DNA from: Nannocystales bacterium
Lineage (GTDB): Bacteria; Myxococcota_A; Polyangia; Nannocystales; Nannocystaceae
Direction of reading: 5' to 3'
Assembly (NCBI GenBank): GCA_050633305.1
Contig: JBOEGF010000005.1
Span: 1 to 64,000 of the forward strand
Length of the DNA stretch: 64,000 bases
The translations under genes were made by a program, and so were the position numbers. The notes beneath the pieces were generated by a model. That model was not told where the DNA came from. It ran no database searches and saw nothing but the letters and a program-made list of their open reading frames with translations. Shown piece after piece: positions 49,561 to 58,350 of this stretch. Within the stretch, counting starts at the first letter, position 1, and each line of letters opens with the position of its first letter.

Positions 49561-50625
49561 TCACAAGGCGGACAGTTCGGACACCGCCTCTTGCCGGAAT
49601 GCGGCCGGGCTCTTGCCGGTCCAACGCTGGAACGCGCGGCGGAACGCACGGTCATCCGAGTAGCCGACCAGGAACGCGACTTCGTCGATGGAGAGTCGCT
49701 CGTCGGCCAACAGGCGCGAAGCGGAGGCCTCTCTCGCTTCGTCGATGAGGTCGCGCAACGACGCTCCGTGTTTCCGCGTGTAGCGCTGCAGCGTTCGCAC
49801 GCTCATCCCCACGGCGGTGGCGATGTCGTCGGCTCCAAACGCGGACTTCCGTGCTTGCTGCGCGATGGCCTCTCGGACCCGGTCCAGGGGAGCATCGGCG
49901 ACACGGGACCGGAGTCGCTCGCAGACCAGATCCAGGTGCGCCGCGATGAATCGAGCCATGTCCGCGTTGGGTGCGGGCGGTGCCACGCCCAAAGAGGCAG
50001 CGTCGAATACAACCGCGTTTCGCTGTGCCTCGAACACGACCGGAGCCCCAAACCACCGTTCGAAGGGGGCAGCGGTGGCGTAGCGAAGCGGATGGGCAAA
50101 CTCGACCCGGCTGAGCGCGCCTCGCAGGCCGAGGATCTCTTGGGTCATGCGGGCGGCCAGGCCCAGGGCGGCTTCGGATCCCAATCCGGCGTCGAATGCG
50201 TCCTGACTGTGAGCGAAGACCATGGCCAGCGTGGACTCGCCGGGCTCCAGCCGGACCTGAAGGCCACCGGAGAGCACCTTGTGGTACCGGACGATCGTGT
50301 GCAGCGCATCGAGGTGAGTGGCAGCGAAGTGGACAGCCTGAGCCAAGGCACCAAAGACTGTGGGTGGGGCGGCGTCCGCGAAGTCGAGGGCGATCGGGCG
50401 GTGGGGATGTTGCGAACCCAAAGCGTTCCAGGCCGCACCCAACACCGCGTCCGGGACACGCGCGTCGGGGTCGACCAAGTCTTCGAGCCCCATGCCTGTC
50501 GCTTCACGCATCTGCGCTTGGGACACGCCCTTGGCGAGACCGAACAACACCACCGCCGCGACAAAGCCCGAGCGTGTCCCCGCCCGCCGTAGCTTGTCGT
50601 CGTCTGTCCGGATCGGGGCGTCCAT
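49561..50625 (-). CDS. AraC-family regulator (OruR/ArgR-like N-domain)
   Basis: MSVRTLQR and VAFLVGYSD..AFRRAFQRWTG.SP..FR. Confidence 0.9.
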   Translation of the reverse strand: MDAPIRTDDDKLRRAGTRSGFVAAVVLFGLAKGVSQAQMREATGMGLEDLVDPDARVPDAVLGAAWNALGSQHPHRPIALDFADAAPPTVFGALAQAVHFAATHLDALHTIVRYHKVLSGGLQVRLEPGESTLAMVFAHSQDAFDAGLGSEAALGLAARMTQEILGLRGALSRVEFAHPLRYATAAPFERWFGAPVVFEAQRNAVVFDAASLGVAPPAPNADMARFIAAHLDLVCERLRSRVADAPLDRVREAIAQQARKSAFGADDIATAVGMSVRTLQRYTRKHGASLRDLIDEAREASASRLLADERLSIDEVAFLVGYSDDRAFRRAFQRWTGKSPAAFRQEAVSELSAL

Positions 50626-50683
50626 CGTCCTGTTCCGCGCCGGCCGGCGGAGGCAAAACAGAGCGTATCTCACAGGCCATGCC

Positions 50684-51211
50684 ATGAAGCTCCCGATCCG
50701 CCCCGAATCCGCTCGCATTCTCGAGGACTACCTCCGCGCCAAAGACGCTCAAGTTCCGCACCTGTATCGGCGGGTGTTTACCGCTGACGCTCGATTCGTC
50801 GCCACGTACGCCATGCCGAGCCCGTTTGGCGATGATGCCCCGCGACAGGGGTTCTCTGCCATCGTCGACGGCTTCCGAACGATGGGCACCGCTTGCGAGA
50901 ACATCCTGACGGTCGTGCCGATCGAGACATTGGACGAGACCGCGGAGCGTCTACTGAGCCGGTGGGTGGTCGCGATGACGAAGCGCGACGGGTCCGGAGC
51001 GTTCGTGGGGTGGGGCACCTACCGTTGGCGCTTTGATGCGACACGGACGCGGGCACGAGAGCTCGCGGTGCGGTTCGAGGGCTTGCACGAGCCCGCCGAC
51101 GAGGACGCGACATTCGATGCGATGCTCGACCTTTCGCATCCGTGGTGTTCCCTCCAAGATGTTCAGGAGTTTGCCCGTCGAATCGGGGCGGACGCGCTGG
51201 CGGAAGGCTGA
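50684..51211 (+). CDS. SnoaL/NTF2-like protein
   Basis: Y..AKD...P.L...VF..DA.F pattern; divergent from the AraC gene. Confidence 0.6.
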   Translation: MKLPIRPESARILEDYLRAKDAQVPHLYRRVFTADARFVATYAMPSPFGDDAPRQGFSAIVDGFRTMGTACENILTVVPIETLDETAERLLSRWVVAMTKRDGSGAFVGWGTYRWRFDATRTRARELAVRFEGLHEPADEDATFDAMLDLSHPWCSLQDVQEFARRIGADALAEG

Positions 51212-51217
51212 CTCGAC

Positions 51218-52006
51218 TCACTCCCGTCGAGCCCACAGGAGGATGCGGCGGTAGGTCAGCGCGAAGGGCTGCGCCGACCCCAGGGTCGCGAGGAGACGCT
51301 GCTCGTAGCGCCGGGCGAACTCGACGTAGAGCTCGGGCCCCAGCCGCGTTTCGTACCAGGTGAGCAACGAGCCCTTGACCCACTCCACCACGGAGGCGGC
51401 GCTGGGGAGCTCGTGCAGATAGATCGGCTCGCGCACAATCTGTTCGCGGAACCCGAGGTCGTACAGCAGGGTCGCGTAGTGCTCGGCGGGGTCGACGGCC
51501 GCACCGGCGCGCTGCGGACCGAGAACGTCGACGAAGGGCGACTCGCCCGCGAGTGTGGTCGCGGTGGTGTGCGTCGGCTGGGCGAAGTTGTTGGGCATCT
51601 GCACCGCCAGCTGCCCACCCGCGGCCAGGCCGTTACGCAGTCGCTCGAACACGGTGCGATGCTCGGGCACCCAGTGGAGCGCTGCGTTCGACACGATCAG
51701 GTCGAAGCCCTCAACCGGGTGCGTCGCGATGTCTGCTCGGACGAACGATACGCGGGAGTCGGTTTCGGCAGCGGTCGCAGCTCGAGCGAGCATCTGAGCG
51801 CTGTGGTCGATGCCGACCACCGATGCGGCGTCGAAGCGGTTGGCAAGGTCTACCGTGAGCTCACCCGGACCGCAGCCAAGGTCAGCGATACGCATGCCTG
51901 CCGCAGGCTGGACCAGCGCCATGAGGTCCTCGTAGGGCTTCCGACGTTCGGCGCGGAACCTCAGGTAGCGCTCGGGATCCCACGCGTTGCTCACAGGCCG
52001 AAGCAT
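51218..52006 (-). CDS. tam: Trans-aconitate 2-methyltransferase
   Basis: WDP..YLRF..ER..P..DL, DLGCGPG, SNAALHWV, LAVQMP.N; RBS GGAGG. Confidence 0.85.
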   Translation of the reverse strand: MLRPVSNAWDPERYLRFRAERRKPYEDLMALVQPAAGMRIADLGCGPGELTVDLANRFDAASVVGIDHSAQMLARAATAAETDSRVSFVRADIATHPVEGFDLIVSNAALHWVPEHRTVFERLRNGLAAGGQLAVQMPNNFAQPTHTTATTLAGESPFVDVLGPQRAGAAVDPAEHYATLLYDLGFREQIVREPIYLHELPSAASVVEWVKGSLLTWYETRLGPELYVEFARRYEQRLLATLGSAQPFALTYRRILLWARRE

Positions 52007-52086
52007 ACTCAATCGACCTCCGTTCCGCGTGGCCCCGCACCGACCGTGTCCCATCCGAGCTCCACCCGAAGTCGGGGTCGCTGCTC

Positions 52087-52464
52087 TCAAGGCGCGCCCA
52101 AGACGAAGTGGGCGGTCACCAGGGCGCCACCGATCACCAACTCGACGAGCAGCGGCGGGACCACCTCCTTGACGAGTCCGTCCGAGACAATGCCGACGAT
52201 CCGGCCCATTGCGACGGCTCCCATGATGAGCGCGACGCTGAGCAGCCAGGTGGTGTCGCCGGTGGTCAGACCGAGAATGAGCATCGCGACCGACGCCAAG
52301 AAGAGTCCGCCCGGCAGACTTCGGAGCGTGCTGAGTCCTGCTGCGCCCTTGGGAACCACGGAGAAGGCATCGGCCATGGTGCGTGGTTTGAACAGCGAGC
52401 GGAGGCCCAGAAAAAGCAGCGGAAGACCTGCGAGTCCGACGATGATGTGAAGTGACGTTTCCAT
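52087..52464 (-). CDS. Four-TM membrane protein (DUF4345-like)
   Basis: Four hydrophobic helices; R...GGLF and GR..G...DG motifs. Confidence 0.7.
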   Translation of the reverse strand: METSLHIIVGLAGLPLLFLGLRSLFKPRTMADAFSVVPKGAAGLSTLRSLPGGLFLASVAMLILGLTTGDTTWLLSVALIMGAVAMGRIVGIVSDGLVKEVVPPLLVELVIGGALVTAHFVLGAP

Positions 52465-52494
52465 GTTGATGACTCCGTTCTTTGCGGTCGCTGA

Positions 52495-53361
52495 CTAGGC
52501 GGCGCTGATGGTCGTGCTCCGGTTCTGGGCATCGGCGGGTGTTGCGATGGGGGCGGTAGGGAGAAGGTGTTCGGCTGCGTTGCGTCGGAGCAAGGTGCTG
52601 AACATCCACGCGAGCAAGCGCCGCGGCATCAAGCGCGCGCTCCAGCGGTTCATCGCGCCCGCGATGTGGCTTGCCTTTCGCTTCTCCAGCGCGCGCAAGC
52701 CATCGTGCACCAGCGTCTCCACGGGCATCGCGGGCACCGGCAGGTTGCCCATCGCAATGTCGGTGCGGTGGTTCAGACCTGTGGTGTCCGTGGGTCCAGG
52801 AAGGAGCACGGTCACGTCGATGTCGATCTCGGCGAACTCGCGGTGGAGCGACTCTCCGAGCGTGTGTACGAACGCCTTGGCGCCCGCGTAGTTGGCCCCC
52901 AGCGCGATCGGTTGCAGCGCCGCCGTCGACGATACGAGGAGAATTCCGCCGGAACGGTCCCTCGTGCGGAGAAAGCTTCCGAATGCGTGGGCAAGCTCGA
53001 GATGACTGAGCGCGTTGAGGTGAAGGTCTGCGCGGAGGTCCTCGACTCGGTTTTGCAGGAATCCGCCCATCTTGGCGGCGCCGGCGTTGGAGACCAACAG
53101 CCCCACATCCAGGTCGCGGACCGCGTCGATGATCGTCTGTGCGGCGCCCGGCAAGCTCAGGTCCGCGGCGACGACGCGGGTCTGCACGCCAAAGTCTGCG
53201 ACAAGCGTATGCGCCAGATGCGCAAGACGATCGGTACGGCGAGAGACCAAAACGATGTCGTAGCCTCGACCAGCAAGTTCACGAGCGAATCCTTCGCCGA
53301 TTCCCTGTGATGCGCCTGTGACGATGGCCCATGGCCCATTACGTGTGATCTGAGTGCCCAT
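52495..53361 (-). CDS. Short-chain dehydrogenase/reductase (17beta-HSD/DltE-like)
   Basis: VTGASQGIG, LVSNAG, VSS, YAGAK, PGPT.T. Confidence 0.9.
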   Translation of the reverse strand: MGTQITRNGPWAIVTGASQGIGEGFARELAGRGYDIVLVSRRTDRLAHLAHTLVADFGVQTRVVAADLSLPGAAQTIIDAVRDLDVGLLVSNAGAAKMGGFLQNRVEDLRADLHLNALSHLELAHAFGSFLRTRDRSGGILLVSSTAALQPIALGANYAGAKAFVHTLGESLHREFAEIDIDVTVLLPGPTDTTGLNHRTDIAMGNLPVPAMPVETLVHDGLRALEKRKASHIAGAMNRWSARLMPRRLLAWMFSTLLRRNAAEHLLPTAPIATPADAQNRSTTISAA

Positions 53362-53440
53362 TTCGTGTTGCTCCTCGGTTGCGGTGACAGGCTCAAGATG
53401 GGGCAGACACGGCGACGCGAGTAGCGCCAAGACTGGACAT

Positions 53441-53464
53441 CAATGGTTCGTCGGTGAACCATTG
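53441..53464. promoter_or_regulatory. Inverted-repeat operator between the divergent SDR and LysR genes
   Basis: Perfect 9-bp arms CAATGGTTC-N6-GAACCATTG, 5 nt before the LysR ATG. Confidence 0.6.
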
Positions 53465-53469
53465 GCTCG

Positions 53470-54393
53470 ATGCCCGCCGCTGCACCTGAGATTCCCTGGG
53501 CCGATCTGCGGCTGGTGCTTCTGATCGGGAGGGCGGGCAGCCTACGGGGCGCTGCCAAGACGCTACGGGTCAGCCACCCGACGGTCTCGAGGCGCATCGC
53601 GGAGCTCCAAGACCAGCTCGGAGTGCAGCTCCTGCAGCGCGAAGGCAGAAGTCTTGGACTGACCCCGGCGGGGGAGGATCTCGCCGAGACCGCCGCACGG
53701 ATCGAGGCGGAGGTGGACGGGCTGGGACGCAGGATCGCCGGGCGGGACCACCGACTCGAGGGGTCCGTTCGTGTGGCGCTCTCGCCCTCGATGCTCTCGG
53801 CGCTGACCCCTGCGCTCCCGGACTTTGCGCTGCGCTACCCCGGAATCCAACTCGAGTTCGCCACCGGCCTGGCCATCTCGAACCTGACGCGTCGCGAGGC
53901 TGACGTGGCCATTCGACTGACCGAGACTCCGCATGACACGCTCGTTGGTCGCAAGCTCAGCGTGTTCGAACAGGCGGTGTACGTCAGCCGCTCACTCCTT
54001 CGCCGGATGCAGCAGGTCGATGAGCAAGACCCGCTCCGTTGGCCGTGGGTGGACTGGGACGAAGCCCATCGACACCATGCTTCGGCGGTCTGGGTTCGAG
54101 AGACCATCGGTGATGAACATGTGGCCATGCGTTGCGGGAGCTCGTTGGGGCTCTACCAGCTGATCAAAGCGGGCGTGGGTGTCGGGTTCAGTCCCACGAT
54201 GCTCGCTGGACCCGATCCCGACCTTGTTCGTGTGAAGGGCCCGACCGTACTCCCGGTGTTCAATCGGGGGATTTGGGTTCTTACCCACGCCGACCTTCGC
54301 AGCACGGGCAGGGTTCGGGCGACGACCAAGTGGCTCGGCGAGCTGCTCCGGGTCGAGGGCGGTGGGGTCTGGCCGGGGGTTCCGCCGCGCTAA
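53470..54393 (+). CDS. LysR-family transcriptional regulator
   Basis: WADLR...GSLRGAA..L.VSHPTVSRRI HTH; NLTRREADVAIR. Confidence 0.92.
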   Translation: MPAAAPEIPWADLRLVLLIGRAGSLRGAAKTLRVSHPTVSRRIAELQDQLGVQLLQREGRSLGLTPAGEDLAETAARIEAEVDGLGRRIAGRDHRLEGSVRVALSPSMLSALTPALPDFALRYPGIQLEFATGLAISNLTRREADVAIRLTETPHDTLVGRKLSVFEQAVYVSRSLLRRMQQVDEQDPLRWPWVDWDEAHRHHASAVWVRETIGDEHVAMRCGSSLGLYQLIKAGVGVGFSPTMLAGPDPDLVRVKGPTVLPVFNRGIWVLTHADLRSTGRVRATTKWLGELLRVEGGGVWPGVPPR

Positions 54394-55310
54394 CGATCGG
54401 CGACGACGAACACGTCGTGAAGCTCGGGGCCTTCGAAGGGCTCGGGCACGACGCCTTCGGTGGCGAAGACGTACAGCGCGGTCCTGTAGATCATGTCGAG
54501 CGTTCGCACGAAGACGACGCCGAACAGAGCCACTGCGCCCGGGCCGATCACTGCGCCGAGTAACCACCGGGGGTCTGCGACGCCCAACGCAATGCAGGCT
54601 GCGAAGGGAAGGATGGCCAGCGCACCGAATCCAGCCCAGACCCAACCGAGGGCGAGGCGACCGATGAATGCCTCCTTCCAGGTCTTCTTGAACAGCTTGC
54701 CCGAGCGACGCAGCGCGCTGATGCCGTTGCACTTCTCTTTGGCAAGGACCGGGACGACCAAGTAGGTGACGGCCCACCAAGCCATCTCGAGGACGCTGGT
54801 CGTGAAGCGACCAACCATGCTCGCTACGAAGCCCCGGGCGGTGTTCTTTTGCTTGCGCTTTCCGAGCACGCGGCCGACCCCCGCCTGGGCGATGGCGACG
54901 GTGGCGATCGCGGTGATGCGGCTCCTCGCGGCTCGGGTGGACCCACGGATGGTCCACGCACGCCCGGCCAGAGCGTCCATGGTGGCACGGCTGAGGCTGA
55001 CCGCGCAGATCAGCGACCACAGCTGCAACAGAACCACAGAGAGGAATCCGCCCGCGGCCACCCCCCGTGCGGCGACCTTCTGCCCGTCGGGCGGCTCGCT
55101 GCTGAAGAAGATGTTCCACGGACCGAGATCCACGGTGGGGTCGGCAGCGACCTGCGAGGAGACCCAGGCGAGCGTGGCTCCAAAGCCGACGGCAAACACC
55201 GCGCCGACCAGCGTGACGAACGGAAACCAAAGCAGCCGCGGGTTGGCGCGGAGCGTGCGGAACGAAGCGCGGAGGATGGCGCCGCTACTTGGCTGGGCTG
55301 GACGGGTCAT
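54390..55310 (-). CDS. Multi-pass membrane protein (DUF6159-like)
   Basis: LLWFP, W...TY.VVPV...E, ALRRS..LFK.TW.E, Y..ALY.FA. Confidence 0.7.
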   Translation of the reverse strand: MTRPAQPSSGAILRASFRTLRANPRLLWFPFVTLVGAVFAVGFGATLAWVSSQVAADPTVDLGPWNIFFSSEPPDGQKVAARGVAAGGFLSVVLLQLWSLICAVSLSRATMDALAGRAWTIRGSTRAARSRITAIATVAIAQAGVGRVLGKRKQKNTARGFVASMVGRFTTSVLEMAWWAVTYLVVPVLAKEKCNGISALRRSGKLFKKTWKEAFIGRLALGWVWAGFGALAILPFAACIALGVADPRWLLGAVIGPGAVALFGVVFVRTLDMIYRTALYVFATEGVVPEPFEGPELHDVFVVADR

Positions 55311-55668
55311 CGAGGGTGTCCTGGAAATAGGCGACCAAATCCTGGGCGCTGATCTTGTGACGGGAGGCGTCGGCGATCGCTCGATCGTAGATCTCGCGAA
55401 GGGTTGTGCGAACGTCGACGGGGTCGGGGGCTCGGGGCGCGGGGAAGGTGCCCCGACCTCTCTTCGACACGAGGTGACCGCCTTGTTCGAGATCTCGATA
55501 GGCGCGGGCGACGGTGTTCGGATTCACGTCGATCCGCCGCGCGAGTTCATGGATCGTGGGCAGCTGCTCCCCGAGCGACAATGAGCCCGTAGACAGCGCT
55601 GAGAGCACCGCATCGATGATCTGCCGATAAATCGGGACCCCACGATCGTAGTCGAGCTGAACCTCCAC
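55285..55668 (-). CDS. GntR-family regulator, YtrA subfamily
   Basis: PIYRQI, GEQLPT..ELA....VNPNTVARAY..LE..G....RGRGTF; short C-terminal helices. Confidence 0.88.
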   Translation of the reverse strand: MEVQLDYDRGVPIYRQIIDAVLSALSTGSLSLGEQLPTIHELARRIDVNPNTVARAYRDLEQGGHLVSKRGRGTFPAPRAPDPVDVRTTLREIYDRAIADASRHKISAQDLVAYFQDTLDDPSSPAK

Positions 55669-55681
55669 GGGCACCGATGAC

Positions 55682-55707
55682 CATTTTACTATCAAATTGG
55701 TAAAATG
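55682..55707. promoter_or_regulatory. AT-rich palindromic operator upstream of the GntR gene
   Basis: CATTTTAC-N10-GTAAAATG, strikingly AT-rich for this window. Confidence 0.7.
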
Positions 55708-55760
55708 CAAACGACGGCGGATTTTCGCCATCGAGTCCGCGGCTCAGGAGAGCATCCGAC

Positions 55761-56300
55761 GTGGCAAACGTACGCGTCTACATCGCAACTTCGCTGGACG
55801 GCTACATCGCGGGTCCCGATGACGACCTCTCATGGCTGCCGACCGAAGCCGGGCCCGGCACCGACGAAGCTCTCGGCTTCGAGGCTTTCATGGCCGATGT
55901 CGGCGCGATGCTGATGGGGCGTCGGACCTATGACGTGGTGCGTTCGCTGGGAGAAGGCTGGCCGTACGGGGAGACTCCGGTCCTCGTTGCAACCCATCGC
56001 GAGCTCGAGTCGGATCTTCCCACGGTCCGTGCGGTGTCAGGGTCGACGGACGCTGTGCTGGATGCCGCGCTCGAGGAGGCTGGCGGTCGGGATGTCTACT
56101 TGGACGGCGGGGCGATGGTTCAGGCTGCCCTGGAGGTTGGCCGGGTCGACGAGCTCATCGTGACGTTGGTGCCCGTGCTCGTGGGGGGTGGCGTGCCGTT
56201 GTTCGGTACGCTTCGCGAGCGGCAGGAGTTTGTGTTCGAAGAGCACACGAGCATGGGATCGATGGTGCAGCTGCGCGCGAGGCCGAAGCGGGGCGTGTAA
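55761..56300 (+). CDS. Dihydrofolate reductase/RibD C-terminal family protein
   Basis: IATSLDGYIA, LMGRRTY, YLDGG, VDE....VPV.VGGG.PLF; RBS AGGAG. Confidence 0.88.
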   Translation: MANVRVYIATSLDGYIAGPDDDLSWLPTEAGPGTDEALGFEAFMADVGAMLMGRRTYDVVRSLGEGWPYGETPVLVATHRELESDLPTVRAVSGSTDAVLDAALEEAGGRDVYLDGGAMVQAALEVGRVDELIVTLVPVLVGGGVPLFGTLRERQEFVFEEHTSMGSMVQLRARPKRGV

Positions 56301-56332
56301 GGCGGCCCGGCTTCGCACGTTGCGGTTTCGCC

Positions 56333-57175
56333 ATGAAGCCTGCTTTTCTCGCGGCCGCAATCTCACTTCTCGTCGGGTGCAACGAGGAGGCTCCCGGAGA
56401 GTCAATGCTCGCAGGAAGCAGTGGGCAGGACGGGACCGACTCGCTCTTCGACGAGACATCTTCGCGTCCCGGGGACGACGGGGATCCTGGTGGATCCGAT
56501 GCGAACCCGGAGTGCGACGTCTTCGAGCAAGACTGTCCGGGGGCACAGAAGTGCGTTCCGTTCTCAGGCGATGGCGACCAGACTTGGAACGCGGTGCGCT
56601 GCTCCTCGTTGCCCGCCGAGCCGAAACAGCTGGGCGAGCCGTGTGTTGCAGCCGAGGGACCGGTCGCGGGGATCGACGACTGTGATGTGGGCTTGATGTG
56701 CTGGGGAGTCCCGTCGGGAGAGACCCAAGGGGTGTGCGCGAGCCTGTGTGAGGGGTCGGTTTTCGCGGGCCTGTGCCCGGCCGAGACGGTGTGCTCGGTC
56801 TACAACGGTGGCGCGCTGCCGATCTGCTTGCCGACCTGCAACCCGCTGGAGGATGGGTGTGCGCAGGGGCAGCTCTGCGTCCCGCAAGGGGGAACGGGGA
56901 GTCGCTTTGTTTGTGCGACGGATGCATCTCCAACGACGGGCGCCTATGGGGACGCATGCCTCGCATTCAACAAGTGTGATCCGGGCTTGTTCTGTGCTCC
57001 CGCCAGTGCCGTTCCGGGCTGCACCGGAGCATCCGGGTGCTGTAGCCGTATCTGTGACCTCGACGACGACAATCCGGACCAGTCGTGCGACGTCGACTCG
57101 CAGGCCTGCGTGCCCTTCTTCGAGAGCGCGCCCGCGCCGGGGTTCGAATCTGTCGGCGGGTGCTCGGCGGCGTAG
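56333..57175 (+). CDS. Cys-rich myxobacterial lipoprotein
   Basis: Lipobox LVGC; CD.F.QDCP...KC.P, DDC..GLMCW, CNPL, CDPGLFC, CC...CD. Confidence 0.75.
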   Translation: MKPAFLAAAISLLVGCNEEAPGESMLAGSSGQDGTDSLFDETSSRPGDDGDPGGSDANPECDVFEQDCPGAQKCVPFSGDGDQTWNAVRCSSLPAEPKQLGEPCVAAEGPVAGIDDCDVGLMCWGVPSGETQGVCASLCEGSVFAGLCPAETVCSVYNGGALPICLPTCNPLEDGCAQGQLCVPQGGTGSRFVCATDASPTTGAYGDACLAFNKCDPGLFCAPASAVPGCTGASGCCSRICDLDDDNPDQSCDVDSQACVPFFESAPAPGFESVGGCSAA

Positions 57176-57184
57176 GGTTCGGGT

Positions 57185-58231
57185 CTACACCGCCTCGACC
57201 CACGGAATACGAACTACGGTGGGGGGCGCGATGCTCACGTCGTTGCGCGGGCGGCCGCTTGCGTCGAAGACTCGGTCCCACAAGTCGGTCTGCATCACCC
57301 ACAGGGCGCCGTCGACGAACGTTGCAAGCGTTGGCTCGCCGGCTCGAGAATCCGGGACGCTGAGGACCGCTGCAGAGTCCACCGCCCGTGCGTCGGCCGA
57401 GAGTTCGAGCCGAAGCACTCGGGGTGGGCGGGCCCCGTTTTGGACAGCTGCCAGTGAGCGCCCTCGGAGCGCGAGCCCGTCGATTCCACGGAGGTCGATG
57501 TCCGCTGGTGTCGTGAGCAGCGTGGTGCTGCGTGCGGCGTCGTGCTCGTCCAGTTCGATGCGTGTCAGCCCCGTGGAGTAGTCGGCCACGATGAGCGTCG
57601 CCGCATCGACGGAGACGACCCCTTGCACCGACCGGAACGTCTTGGGCGGGACAACCTCTCGGAGTCCGTCCGTACCCAAGGTTCCCGAATAGACTCCACC
57701 GCCGAGCGTGTCGGTCACGAAGACGGTGCCGGTGGGGCTGAGCACGAGATCGCCAAACAGGTGTTGCTCGCCATCCTCGAGAACGTGTTCACCGACAACG
57801 GCTCCGTCCTCGAGCGAAAACGCGACGAGCGCTGCGGGCCCCACGGGGCTGGGTACCTCCCGACCTTGGGGAACTGCCGCACATGCTGCCCAGAGCAACT
57901 CCCGCTCGGGGTCGAGCTGGAGGCCGAACACCGACCAAGCCTGTGGCGGTTGGGCAAACGGCCGAACCGTGCCTGCGGGTAGACTCACCGCGGCGATCGA
58001 TTGGCCGACGATTCCGCCAACGAGGAGCCGGCCCCGAGCAGCATCCCAGGCCAACCCCTCGGCGAACAGGTCCGGCAGCGCGAGCGGGAGCGGACCGAGG
58101 TCGGGCGTGGGGTCGGGCTTGGGTGAGCGGACGTGGCCAGGGGTCGCAGGCGGTGCGGCCGGGGACCGAGACGGAGCCGAACACGAGGAGAGGCTGGCGA
58201 CGAGCAGTCCGAACCACGCACGACGAGACAT
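57185..58231 (-). CDS. Beta-propeller lipoprotein (SMP-30-like)
   Basis: Lipobox LSSC; FAEGLAWD, GDL.....G.VFVTD, IDGL, AVQNG..P.RV. Confidence 0.7.
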   Translation of the reverse strand: MSRRAWFGLLVASLSSCSAPSRSPAAPPATPGHVRSPKPDPTPDLGPLPLALPDLFAEGLAWDAARGRLLVGGIVGQSIAAVSLPAGTVRPFAQPPQAWSVFGLQLDPERELLWAACAAVPQGREVPSPVGPAALVAFSLEDGAVVGEHVLEDGEQHLFGDLVLSPTGTVFVTDTLGGGVYSGTLGTDGLREVVPPKTFRSVQGVVSVDAATLIVADYSTGLTRIELDEHDAARSTTLLTTPADIDLRGIDGLALRGRSLAAVQNGARPPRVLRLELSADARAVDSAAVLSVPDSRAGEPTLATFVDGALWVMQTDLWDRVFDASGRPRNDVSIAPPTVVRIPWVEAV

Positions 58232-58350
58232 GGGCCGACGGTGCTTCGAACACCGGACGAGCGCAAGTCGCACGGGACGGTCCGCGGGCTCGTCTCGGCA
58301 ATCTTCGACGAACCGTGAAACGTTCAGCAGGCGAGCGGTACTGCCGCGGT

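Noticed and set aside
56333..57175. Enzymatic annotation for the Cys-rich lipoprotein
   Set aside because: No catalytic motif is visible; it consists of disulfide-rich modules.
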